In this document: one piece after another, positions 42,164 to 51,186 of the stretch
Layout of the letters: the number at the start of each line of letters is the position of its first letter
Position numbering within the stretch: position 1 is the first letter of the stretch
Assembly: GCA_046116545.1 (NCBI GenBank)
Contig: CP175956.1
Coordinates: forward strand, 513,734-577,733
DNA: 64,000 bases
Direction of reading: 5' to 3'
From: Candidatus Moraniibacteriota bacterium
GTDB lineage: Bacteria > Patescibacteriota > Minisyncoccia > Moranbacterales > GCA-2747515
Made by a program: the position numbers and the translations under genes
The notes under the pieces: model-generated
Told to the model about the DNA's origin: nothing
The model's input: only the letters and a program-made list of their open reading frames with translations
Databases searched by the model: none

Positions 42164-42733
42164 ATGATAGGTTTTTTGAGTGGGAAAATAATAAATAAAG
42201 ATGAAGATAAAATAATAATAAATGTAAATGGTGTTGGATATGTTGTATATTTGACTGAATTAGGCCTTGAGCAGTGTATGGATGGGCAAGATGTTGATAT
42301 AAGTATTTATACGCATGTAAGAGAACAAGAAATCACATTGTATGGATTTTTGCAGGTTGAAGAACAGGAAATTTTTGAACTTCTCATAAGTGTATCGGGC
42401 ATTGGTCCAAAGGCAGGACTGAAAATTCTTGCAGTTGCAGATGTGCAGACAATTATTCTTGCGATTGCAAATGAAGATACTTCAATTTTAACGAAAGTTT
42501 CTGGCATAGGTCCAAAGATTGCAAAGAAGGTTGTGAATGAGCTCTCAGGTAAGGTAGTCGCACCAGTTGGTGCAGCTATAGGTGATGCATTGGCTCAAAG
42601 TGATGCTATTGATGCTCTTAGGTCTATGGGGTACACCGCAGCAGAAGCAAGGAATGCGTTGGATGGATTACCTAAAGATACAACAGATGTTGGTGAATGT
42701 GTTAAGTATGCTCTTAAAAACTTAGGAAAATAA
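42164..42733 (+). CDS. ruvA: Holliday junction DNA-binding RuvA
   Basis: MIGFLSG, VNGVGY, LYGF, VSGIGPK (twice). Confidence 0.97.
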   Translation: MIGFLSGKIINKDEDKIIINVNGVGYVVYLTELGLEQCMDGQDVDISIYTHVREQEITLYGFLQVEEQEIFELLISVSGIGPKAGLKILAVADVQTIILAIANEDTSILTKVSGIGPKIAKKVVNELSGKVVAPVGAAIGDALAQSDAIDALRSMGYTAAEARNALDGLPKDTTDVGECVKYALKNLGK

Positions 42734-42737
42734 TTTT

Positions 42738-43418
42738 ATGAATAATGAAAAGGGAAAATTATATATAGTGGCAACACCAATTGGAAATTTAAGTGATATG
42801 ACTTTTCGTGCTATTGATATTTTGAATAGTGTGGATTTGATTGCATGTGAAGATACCAGAGTTACAAAAAAATTACTTGGACATTATGATATTGAAACAA
42901 AAACAATAACATATCATCAACATACAAAAGACAATAAGGCTCAGGAGATTATTGATGAAATAAATAATGGTAAGAATATTGCAGTTGTAACTGATGCAGG
43001 AACTCCAGGTGTTAGTGATCCGGGTAATAAACTGGTGTCTATTGCGGTTGAAAATGATATTAAAATTGAACCAATTCCAGGTGCATCAGCAATAAGTGCA
43101 ATTATGTCTATTGCTGGAATAGATATGCAGAAATTTACATTTTTAGCTTATCCTCCTCATAAAAAGGGAAGACAGACATTTTTTACTAATGTTTCAGAAA
43201 GTAAAATTCCTGTTATTTATTATGATAGTGTACATCGTGTTTTGAAAAATTTAAATTTATTGCAAGAATTAATGCCTGATGCAAAAATTGTTCTAGGTAG
43301 AGAACTTACAAAAATGCATGAAGAAGTTGTAAGAGGTACTGTTGCGGATGTCATAGAATATTTTGAAAATAATGCAGATAAAATAAGGGGTGAATTTGTT
43401 GTTGTAGTGTATACGTAA
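42738..43418 (+). CDS. rsmI: 16S rRNA C1402 2'-O-methyltransferase
   Basis: LYIVATPIGNL.D, ACEDTR, DAGTPGVSDPG, RELTKMHEE. Confidence 0.96.
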   Translation: MNNEKGKLYIVATPIGNLSDMTFRAIDILNSVDLIACEDTRVTKKLLGHYDIETKTITYHQHTKDNKAQEIIDEINNGKNIAVVTDAGTPGVSDPGNKLVSIAVENDIKIEPIPGASAISAIMSIAGIDMQKFTFLAYPPHKKGRQTFFTNVSESKIPVIYYDSVHRVLKNLNLLQELMPDAKIVLGRELTKMHEEVVRGTVADVIEYFENNADKIRGEFVVVVYT

Positions 43419-43541
43419 ATTTGTTAGTTGTTTTAAAGAAAGAGTAAAAAGCATGACAAGAGAGATCTACATTATTTCATTGATGAGTTTTTTGCAATCT
43501 TATGTAAAATGTTAGGATACCATTTCTAACTATTACTTAGT

Positions 43542-43609
43542 GTAGTGGCGCGGTCTTGTACCCGCCATGTGTATATAATGCGAGGACAGCCACAAGGGCA
43601 TGTCCCTAC
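43542..43609. repeat. GTAG...CTAC REP doublet (REPIN-like)
   Basis: GTAGTGGCGCGGTCTTGTACCCGCC ... GGACAGCCACAAGGGCATGTCCCTAC; similar to 32679-32744. Confidence 0.65.
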
Positions 43610-43758
43610 AAGTGAATCATTGAGTAAGAGTTTATTGAAAAAGGTATTATTATTTATTATTTTTTTTGATAATTGTTTGAGTACTTATTAAGATACCTTA
43701 ATAAAAAAACCTCTCATATATGTGAGAGGTTTTAGTTTTGTGGTTTTAAATGTTCGTC

Positions 43759-44094
43759 CTATCGGCGTCTTGTGATAATAAGTGCAATGACAGCACCAAC
43801 TAATGCACCAACACCAGCAGCAATTCCAATTGATTTTTCTGGATTATCTTGTACATAAACTCGTGCATTTTCATGAGTTTCTACAGCCTTTGCTTTTGCA
43901 GCTTCAGCAGTATCAGTTACTTTTTGCTTTGCAGCATCGTATTGTACAGTAGCAGCATCTTTAGCAGCGTCATATTTTGCTGTAGCACCTTCTCGTACAT
44001 CTCCATATGCATCTGTTCCTTTTGCCAATAATTCATCAGCTTTTCCTGCAGCATCTGCAGTTGCTTTTGTGATAGGTCCTTTTTTCTTTGCCAT
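43759..44094 (-). CDS. ElaB/YqjD (DUF883)-like tail-anchored protein
   Basis: Ala/Lys-rich helix, YVQDNPEKSIGIAAGVGALVG...RRR C-terminus. Confidence 0.8.
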   Translation of the reverse strand: MAKKKGPITKATADAAGKADELLAKGTDAYGDVREGATAKYDAAKDAATVQYDAAKQKVTDTAEAAKAKAVETHENARVYVQDNPEKSIGIAAGVGALVGAVIALIITRRR

Positions 44095-44122
44095 AATTAT
44101 TTTTATTAATTATTAATTAAAG

Positions 44123-44494
44123 TTAAATTTGTTTATTTTTTTGTAGTAGTCCAGCTATTAGTGCAATGATAAATACAATAGTACCAATTATCAAAAATCC
44201 AAACCAAGCTCCAAATCCACTAAGTTCTCCTAGCCATAGTGATAGACCAGTTATAGCAAATACAAATCCAATAAGTCCAAGTAAAATTATTGCAAATAAC
44301 ATCACAGCATTTTGAACAATTTGATTTACTGTTTGTTTTGCTTGCTCAAGCGTTTCACTAACTGTATTTTGAATACGTTCAACGATATTTTGTTGAGCTA
44401 TTTGTAAAAAAGAACTTACAATTTCTGAAATTGTGCTCATCAGAGTTGATTCAGCTTGCTCAACAATTTGCTCCTCTTGTTGTATATCTGACAT
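44123..44494 (-). CDS. YqjE/holin-superfamily-like two-TM protein
   Basis: Helical N-terminus plus two TMs; paired with DUF883 gene as in yqjD-yqjE. Confidence 0.6.
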   Translation of the reverse strand: MSDIQQEEQIVEQAESTLMSTISEIVSSFLQIAQQNIVERIQNTVSETLEQAKQTVNQIVQNAVMLFAIILLGLIGFVFAITGLSLWLGELSGFGAWFGFLIIGTIVFIIALIAGLLQKNKQI

Positions 44495-44601
44495 ATTATT
44501 TTTTTATCATTTATGATGCAAGTATATCATGAAAATATAAAAAATCAATAAAAAAATCAGCGCAACTACAGTTGTAGTTACGCTGATGAAGTTCAAGTAT
44601 A

Positions 44602-44994
44602 CTAATGTGATTGATTTCTGCGCATATTACGTAAGTGCAGAAATGTTTCATTAAACATTGCAAATGTTTCTATCATGAGTCTATTTTTTAAGATTTCATC
44701 ATGATAGTGATTGAATGCACAAATACATCCTTCCAGCGGGAAGTTTGCAAGCTTAAGCATGAAAAATACTGCTTTAGCAGAAACTGTCTTAGATTTAATG
44801 ACGGCTTTTATGATATGCATGTCATCGCGATTGATAGTACCAACAATATCCCAGGTAGTACTTTCTGTAAAAGAGTTTTTTTGCAATTCTTTGCAAAGAT
44901 ATTCTTCATAATCCTTGCCTGAAGTCATTAACACACAAACCTTGCCACAAATATCATAAGCAATCTTGTTTTGCAGTGGAAATTTTGAATTCAT
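44602..44994 (-). CDS. Hypothetical protein, paralog of 45014-45493
   Basis: Start reassigned to MNSKF (SD AGAGG); shares a DD..I...IK.K.V.A motif with its neighbour. Confidence 0.65.
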   Translation of the reverse strand: MNSKFPLQNKIAYDICGKVCVLMTSGKDYEEYLCKELQKNSFTESTTWDIVGTINRDDMHIIKAVIKSKTVSAKAVFFMLKLANFPLEGCICAFNHYHDEILKNRLMIETFAMFNETFLHLRNMRRNQSH

Positions 44995-45013
44995 GACACA
45001 CCTCTGTGTAGTT

Positions 45014-45493
45014 TTATTGTCTGCATAAAGCTTTGCGCAAAATGCGTAACATTTCAGGATCTCCACCGACATTATTGCATAATTCAACGGCATCCATTTG
45101 AAATAAATGTTTTTCAAAGCATTTTGCTAACCCACGTCCTCTGTTAGCATTTTTTGCATAGGCACCGTAAATAAGGTTTTTTATAAACTTAGGATCTGTA
45201 GTGTGTGTTTCACCAGCAACAATGCATAACATTTCTGAAAAACCTATTTTTTCTAAGATGCTAAGTGCTTTTGTTGCAGGAACTGATTTGGTTTTGAGTA
45301 TTGTCATGATGAGTTTGTGGTCATCGGCGCAATAATCAAAAAAATCATCAATATCTGATGTAGTTAAATTCATTACAGAAAGATTTTCTGTTGCCAATGT
45401 AACATAATCATTACCACTCTGTTTTTGTGAAGTGATAACCGTTTTTAACACGTTGATGTTAATAGGTGTATGAGAAGACGTTGTTGTTTGCAT
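45014..45493 (-). CDS. Hypothetical protein
   Basis: Promoter TTGACA-17-TATAGT (45587-45559), SD GGAGG, start MQTTT. Confidence 0.7.
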   Translation of the reverse strand: MQTTTSSHTPININVLKTVITSQKQSGNDYVTLATENLSVMNLTTSDIDDFFDYCADDHKLIMTILKTKSVPATKALSILEKIGFSEMLCIVAGETHTTDPKFIKNLIYGAYAKNANRGRGLAKCFEKHLFQMDAVELCNNVGGDPEMLRILRKALCRQ

Positions 45494-45706
45494 AAGTTTT
45501 CCTCCATGCATTTTTTAAAGTGCTGTGATTGATTTGTCGCATTAATTGCGAACTTATTACTATAGCAAAAAATAGTGATTTTGTCAAGCTTTTATGTAGG
45601 ATTTATGGATATTTGGTATATTGACAGTAGTTAATTGAGGGTGTATGTTAAATAACTGTGATAGTTATTTAAAAGTAATAGTTTTTACAAAGTCTACTGA
45701 GGAGGG

Positions 45707-46393
45707 TTGATGACGATGAAAACACAAAGTATGTGTGGTAGAACATGGTATTTTTTGTCACAAATCTTATTATTTTTTGGATCTGAAAAATTAGCTAATC
45801 ATAGTTTGGTAAAATGTGAAAAGGACAATTATGAATTAACTGTAGAAATAGCAGATTTAAGAGATACAGTGGAAAAAATAACAGAATACCTAGCAAAAGA
45901 AAAAGAAAAGAATAATAAAGATTTTTTGACAGGTCTTTATAACAGATCTTTTTTGCAGGAGACTGGTACGGAAATAATAAAAAATTGTCAAAGACAAAAT
46001 CAACCATGGGGAATAATATTTATAGATATTGATGACTTTAAATCGGTAAATGATACAATGGGTCATGATGTTGGTGACGGTGTCTTGGTAGAATTTGCAA
46101 AAGCATTGAGGAAATGCTCTAGGTCTGGAGATTTTTGCATTAGACTTGGAGGAGATGAATTTGTAGTATTGTTTTCTAATATAGATAGTTATGAAAATTT
46201 AGTTATATTTGCAAATAGGTTAAGTGATTTTGTAGAAGAAGCATTTGAAAAAACTTTTAAAATAACATTAAGTATAGGATGTAATTTTGTTGAAAAAGGG
46301 AGTCTTACGTCAATTGATAATGCTCTAAAAAGAGCAGATAAAGCAATGTATCATTCAAAAAGTAATGGTAAAAATCAAGCTCATTGCGCATAA
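45707..46393 (+). CDS. Diguanylate cyclase (GGDEF)
   Basis: DFLTGLYNR, DIDDFK.VND..GH..GD, RSGD I-site, RLGGDEF; true start probably ATG 45710 or 45716. Confidence 0.95.
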   Translation: MMTMKTQSMCGRTWYFLSQILLFFGSEKLANHSLVKCEKDNYELTVEIADLRDTVEKITEYLAKEKEKNNKDFLTGLYNRSFLQETGTEIIKNCQRQNQPWGIIFIDIDDFKSVNDTMGHDVGDGVLVEFAKALRKCSRSGDFCIRLGGDEFVVLFSNIDSYENLVIFANRLSDFVEEAFEKTFKITLSIGCNFVEKGSLTSIDNALKRADKAMYHSKSNGKNQAHCA

Positions 46394-46486
46394 TACAAAA
46401 CACTCAGATTTATTGAATCTGAGTGTTTTTTTCTTGCTTTAAGACCTTTTTTCATCTATGCTAATAAATATATTAATATTGAAATT

Positions 46487-47908
46487 ATGAATAAAAACTT
46501 TTATATCACAACAACACTCCCTTATGTGAATGCAGCGCCGCACATAGGTTTTGCAAGTGAAATTATTTATGCAGATGTGCGAGCACGGTTTGAAAAATCT
46601 ATTGGAAATAATGTGATTTTTAATACTGGGACAGATGAGCATGGTGCAAAAATTTGGCAAAATGCTAGTGATGCAGAAAGTGATCCTCAGGAATATGTAG
46701 ATGAATATGCAGCAACATTTGATGAATTGAAGCAAATGTTGAATTTGAGTTATACAAATTTTGTGAGAACTACAGATAAGAATCATATTACAGCAGCGCA
46801 AGAAATTTGGAAAAGAGTGAATGATAATGGATTTATTTACAAAAAACAGTATAGCGTAAAGTATTGTGTAGGTTGTGAATTAGAAAAAACTGATAGTGAT
46901 TTAGAAAAGGGAGAATGTCCATTGCATCCTGGTAAAGAACTTGAATTAATAGAAGAAGAAAATTATTTTTTCAAATTTAGTGAGTTTGGAGATAAACTAT
47001 TGGATTTGTATAAAGATAATCCCGAGTTTGTAGTGCCACAAAAAAGATTAAATGAAATTAGTGCATTTGTAGAGCGAGGATTACAAGATTTTTCAATTTC
47101 AAGAGTGGCTAGTAAAATGCCTTGGGGAGTGTCTGTGCCAGGAGATGATACTCAGGTTATGTATGTGTGGTTTGACGCACTTACAAACTATATTTCTACA
47201 CTAGGTTGGCCAAAAGATACAGAAAACTTTGAAAACTTTTGGGGGACTATAGAGAGTCCAAATGCAATCCAAATCGCAGGTAAAGATAACTTGCGACAAC
47301 AAAGTGCTATGTGGCAAGCAATGCTCATGGCTGCGGATTTACCAACAAGTAAACAAGTTTTTATAAATGGATTTATAGGTGTGGATGGGCAAAAAATGAG
47401 TAAATCAATAGGGAATGTAATAGCACCTAGTGAAATGGTAGAAAAATATGGAATAGATGGAACTAGATATCTATTGCTAACAAAAGGAACTTTTGGAGAG
47501 GATAACGATATATCTTGGGAAAAGCTTGATGCAAAATATAATGCAGATTTGGCTAATGGACTAGGAAATCTGACAGCAAGAATTATTACGCTTGCAGGTG
47601 ATATCGAATTTGAAAAACCAGAAGTTGATATAAAACAATTGGAAAGCAATATAAATAAAATGGCACTCAATAGTGCACTTGAAAGTATCTGGAAAATTGT
47701 AGAAATTGCAAATAAACATATAGAAGAAACAAAACCATGGGAACTTCGAAAAAATGATGAAAAGGAATTTGAAGTTGTAATGAAAAAGCTTTTAGTTGAT
47801 TTGAATACAATTTCAATTTTGATAGAATCATTTTTACCAGAAACGGCTCAGAGAATTCAGGATGCTTTGCAAAACCGTGAACGAGTAATTCTTTTTGAGA
47901 GGTTATAA
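46487..47908 (+). CDS. metG: Methionyl-tRNA synthetase (short form)
   Basis: YVNAAPHIG, GTDEHG, YVWFDAL, KMSKS. Confidence 0.97.
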   Translation: MNKNFYITTTLPYVNAAPHIGFASEIIYADVRARFEKSIGNNVIFNTGTDEHGAKIWQNASDAESDPQEYVDEYAATFDELKQMLNLSYTNFVRTTDKNHITAAQEIWKRVNDNGFIYKKQYSVKYCVGCELEKTDSDLEKGECPLHPGKELELIEEENYFFKFSEFGDKLLDLYKDNPEFVVPQKRLNEISAFVERGLQDFSISRVASKMPWGVSVPGDDTQVMYVWFDALTNYISTLGWPKDTENFENFWGTIESPNAIQIAGKDNLRQQSAMWQAMLMAADLPTSKQVFINGFIGVDGQKMSKSIGNVIAPSEMVEKYGIDGTRYLLLTKGTFGEDNDISWEKLDAKYNADLANGLGNLTARIITLAGDIEFEKPEVDIKQLESNINKMALNSALESIWKIVEIANKHIEETKPWELRKNDEKEFEVVMKKLLVDLNTISILIESFLPETAQRIQDALQNRERVILFERL

Positions 47909-47933
47909 TAATTTAAGTCAGGCAAGTTTTGTT

Positions 47934-48527
47934 ATGAAAATAATTCAAATAGTAATTACAATTTTTGCACTATCTTTAGCAGCTGTTCATATATTTTTGC
48001 CAAATTTAAAAATTGATGCAATTACAATAACTCTTGTAGTTATTGCAATTATTCCTTGGCTTGCTCCATTAATTAAAACTTTGGAATTTCCAGGCGGCTG
48101 GAAGGTTGAATTTAGTGAAAAATTGAAAAAAGTTGAGATAGATGTGGAAAAAGCTGGTTTAATTGATGAACAACTGGTTGGGGATATTCAAAAGTATTCA
48201 TTTACAAATGTGGCTGATTCAAATGTAGCACTTATGCTTGCAGGTCTCAGAATTGAATTAGAAAAAAGTTTAAAGGTGTTGGCAAAGTGTCATAATATTG
48301 AACTACATAGATATAACAGTATCGCAGTCGTAATAATTAAATTACATAAATTAGATATTATTTCAGATGAGGAACAATATATTTTAAATGAAACAATAGG
48401 AATTTTAAATCGTGCTGTACATGGTGAATATATTGATTACCAAGAGGCACAAAGGGTTAAATCTGTTGGTTTAAAAGTGTTGGGTGAATTTGAAAAAAAA
48501 ATAATTGAAAATAAATTATGCAAATAA
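47934..48527 (+). CDS. Hypothetical membrane-anchored protein
   Basis: Two N-terminal TMs, IPWL..LIK.LEFPGG.KVE, C-terminal N.AVHG; overlaps tatD start. Confidence 0.65.
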   Translation: MKIIQIVITIFALSLAAVHIFLPNLKIDAITITLVVIAIIPWLAPLIKTLEFPGGWKVEFSEKLKKVEIDVEKAGLIDEQLVGDIQKYSFTNVADSNVALMLAGLRIELEKSLKVLAKCHNIELHRYNSIAVVIIKLHKLDIISDEEQYILNETIGILNRAVHGEYIDYQEAQRVKSVGLKVLGEFEKKIIENKLCK

Positions 48528-49360
48528 TAGACTCACACGCACATGTGCATGATAAAAAATTTGATGAAGATCGTGAAGCTGTAATTCAACGGTCTTTTGA
48601 TGATGGGGTGGAAAAAATTATTACTGTTGGCACAAATGAAAAGACATCTTTTGAGGCGATTGAACTTGCCCAGAAGTATGAAAATATTTATGCAACAATT
48701 GGGTTACATCCGTTGCACTTATTTGAGGCTAGTAATTGTGATCCTGAAGAGCAATTTGTAGAGGATTTTGATTATGATAAGTATTTGCAATTGGCAAAAA
48801 ATGAAAATGTTGTAGCTATTGGAGAAGTTGGGTTGGATTATCATCATTTTGGAGAAGGTGATGATGTGGAAACTATTAAAAAAGAACAACGGAGAGTTTT
48901 TATTGAGTTTATTAATATTTGTAAAGAGGTGAAAAAGCCTATTGTTGTGCATTGTTGGGATGGTTATGGTGAGTTGTTGGAGATTTTAGCACAAAACCCC
49001 CTCTGTTCTTCGGACATCTCCCCCTCAAGGAAGGGGAGAGGATATGGTGTAATTCATAGTTATATTGGTAGTTGGAAGAATGCGGAGAAATTTATTGAAT
49101 TGGGTTATAAGATTGGATTAAATGGAATTGCAACTTATGGTGAGTCATATGATAAGCTTATTAGAAATATAGATTTGAAGGATTTACTTATTGAAACAGA
49201 TGCTCCATATTTGCCACCACGACCCTTACTACGAGAAAATAGATGTGAGCCAAAGGATGTTAGATTAGTGGCAGAGAAAATTGCACAAGTAAAGGAAATT
49301 AATGTGGGAGAAGTCATCAAACAAATTACAAAAAATACTGAAGAATTATTTAAAATATAA
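48518..49360 (+). CDS. tatD: TatD family nuclease
   Basis: DSHAH, GLHP, AIGEVGLDY, VVHC, LLIETDAPY. Confidence 0.95.
   Translation: MQIIDSHAHVHDKKFDEDREAVIQRSFDDGVEKIITVGTNEKTSFEAIELAQKYENIYATIGLHPLHLFEASNCDPEEQFVEDFDYDKYLQLAKNENVVAIGEVGLDYHHFGEGDDVETIKKEQRRVFIEFINICKEVKKPIVVHCWDGYGELLEILAQNPLCSSDISPSRKGRGYGVIHSYIGSWKNAEKFIELGYKIGLNGIATYGESYDKLIRNIDLKDLLIETDAPYLPPRPLLRENRCEPKDVRLVAEKIAQVKEINVGEVIKQITKNTEELFKI
48994..49039 (+). repeat. Palindromic element inserted in frame within tatD
   Basis: AAACCCCCTCTGTTCTTCGGACATCTCCCCCTCAAGGAAGGGGAGA, nearly identical to the intergenic copy 32537-32581. Confidence 0.8.
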
Positions 49361-49447
49361 AATAGGAAAATGCCTAAAATGAATGATGGAATAATAATTT
49401 TTTAGGACATGCTATAATATAGGCGGTTAATATTAATTTTGAATATT

Positions 49448-50260
49448 ATGAACATGGAAGCAAATTTTTTTAATAATTCAAGTGAAGAAAAGGATTTGAG
49501 TGAAATTGAGAAAAAAAGAAAAAGAGTTGAACAACTAGGAGAGGCTGACACTTCATATGAAGATTCTAAATATGATCTTGCAAAAAGAGAGGGTGAAAAG
49601 AGGGAGAAGTTTGTAAAAATGGGGATTGCTACTGAAAATATTGAAGAATTAGCAGATGATTTTTCTGATGAAACTTTGATGGCTATGGAAAATGAAAAAG
49701 CAAAGGGTTTGGATGATTTAACAGGTTTGAAAAATAGGAATGCATATAACAATGACATTCCAACTTTTGTTGAAATGAGTAAAAGAGAGGGTCATGATAG
49801 TTCTTTTTTGATGCTTGATTTTGATCACTTTAAACGAGTGAATGATGAACATGGGCATGGAGCAGGTGATACGGCTTTGCAAAAAATATCAGCTATTATC
49901 AAAGATACTGTGAGGGGTTCAGATGTGGTATATCGTTATGGTGGTGAGGAGTTCGTTGTTTTTTTACCAGACACAGACTCACGTGGTGCACAGGAAACAG
50001 CTGAAAAAATAAGACGTGCCGTAGAAGATGCTGAGATTGTAGTTGTGGATAATGATAGTAATGAAGAAATTACTTTAAAAAAGACGATAAGTGTGGGATG
50101 CGTCGGCACGGATCAAATTGAAAATTGGAAAAACATTGATAGTGAAAAGTTTGCAGGTGTTATTGCTGGATATGCAGATCGTGCATTGTACGCCTCAAAA
50201 GAAAATGGAAGAAATCAAGTCACTATGTTTAGCGAGAGTTTGAAAGAAATAAAAAAATAA
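49448..50260 (+). CDS. Diguanylate cyclase (GGEEF)
   Basis: DDLTGLKNR, DFDHFK.VND..GH..GD, RGSD I-site, RYGGEEF. Confidence 0.95.
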   Translation: MNMEANFFNNSSEEKDLSEIEKKRKRVEQLGEADTSYEDSKYDLAKREGEKREKFVKMGIATENIEELADDFSDETLMAMENEKAKGLDDLTGLKNRNAYNNDIPTFVEMSKREGHDSSFLMLDFDHFKRVNDEHGHGAGDTALQKISAIIKDTVRGSDVVYRYGGEEFVVFLPDTDSRGAQETAEKIRRAVEDAEIVVVDNDSNEEITLKKTISVGCVGTDQIENWKNIDSEKFAGVIAGYADRALYASKENGRNQVTMFSESLKEIKK

Positions 50261-50281
50261 ATACAAGATTCAAATAAAAAC

Positions 50282-50297
50282 ACACTACATATAGTGT
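50282..50297. promoter_or_regulatory. NrdR-box candidate upstream of ahpC-nrdAB (also a terminator-shaped palindrome)
   Basis: ACACTACATATAGTGT vs NrdR consensus acaCwAtATaTwGtgt (15/16); promoter TTGACG...TG.TACAAT at 50330-50357. Confidence 0.5.
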
Positions 50298-50389
50298 GTT
50301 TTTATTTTATATTTATACAACTTGGGGTGTTGACGAAAGTTTGTGAAGTGATACAATTATAATCCAATAATTAATTAATAATATAAATT

Positions 50390-51010
50390 ATGGCAATGCA
50401 ATGTGAAGATGAAATGGTGTTTATGGAATCATGTTTCAACAATCATCCAGTGATTGGAGAAAAAGTTATTGATAGAGAGTTTGAAATTTTTCAAGGAAAA
50501 ACTTTCAAAAAAACTAAACTGTCAACTTTGTACAAAAATAAGTGGTTGGTATTATTTTTCTATCCAGCAGACTTTACTTTTATTTGTCCTACAGAATTGG
50601 AAGATCTTGCAGCGGCTTATACAAAATTGAAAAAACTTGGTGTAGAAGTTGTGACTGTATCAACTGATACAGTATTTACTCATAAAGCATGGCATGATTC
50701 TTCAGAAGCTATTGGAAAAGTAAAATACCCAATGGCAGCAGATCCAACAGGACAACTATGTCGTGATTTTGGAGTTATGATTGAAGATGAGGGATTAGCA
50801 CTTCGTGGTACATTTATTATCAATCCAAAAGGAGAATTGAAAGCAATGGAAGTACATGATAATAGTATTGGACGAGATGTTGATGAATTGATTAGAAAAA
50901 TTCAAGCAGCGCAATTTGTAGAAAAAAATAAAGGACAAGTTTGTCCTGCTAAATGGACTCCAGGAGCAAAGACTTTGAAACCTGGTATAAACTTGGTAGG
51001 AAAAATATAA
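50390..51010 (+). CDS. ahpC: 2-Cys peroxiredoxin AhpC
   Basis: FFYPADFTFICPTE, ALRGTF, VCPAKW. Confidence 0.96.
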   Translation: MAMQCEDEMVFMESCFNNHPVIGEKVIDREFEIFQGKTFKKTKLSTLYKNKWLVLFFYPADFTFICPTELEDLAAAYTKLKKLGVEVVTVSTDTVFTHKAWHDSSEAIGKVKYPMAADPTGQLCRDFGVMIEDEGLALRGTFIINPKGELKAMEVHDNSIGRDVDELIRKIQAAQFVEKNKGQVCPAKWTPGAKTLKPGINLVGKI

Positions 51011-51016
51011 TTTTAG

Positions 51017-51109
51017 TGTCTTTGCGAGGAGGTACGACGAAGCAATCTTAAAAAGTATTTATAAATACTACTGAGATTGCCACGTCGCTAAATGCTTCTC
51101 GCAATGACA
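51017..51109. repeat. Full GTC(A/T)TTGCGAG...CTCGCAATGAC palindromic element (RPE-like)
   Basis: Terminal arms TGTCTTTGCGAG/CTCGCAATGACA, inner arms GCAATCT/AGATTGC. Confidence 0.8.
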
Positions 51110-51186
51110 TGTTTTATATACAAATAGGGGGCATCTGTTTAATTTACAGACAGTTGCCTCTTCTTTTGACCCTTAAAACATAAAAT

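Noticed and set aside
44123-44494. Phage holin indicating a prophage
   Set aside because: Paired with a DUF883 gene like the cellular yqjD-yqjE; no endolysin or other phage genes nearby.
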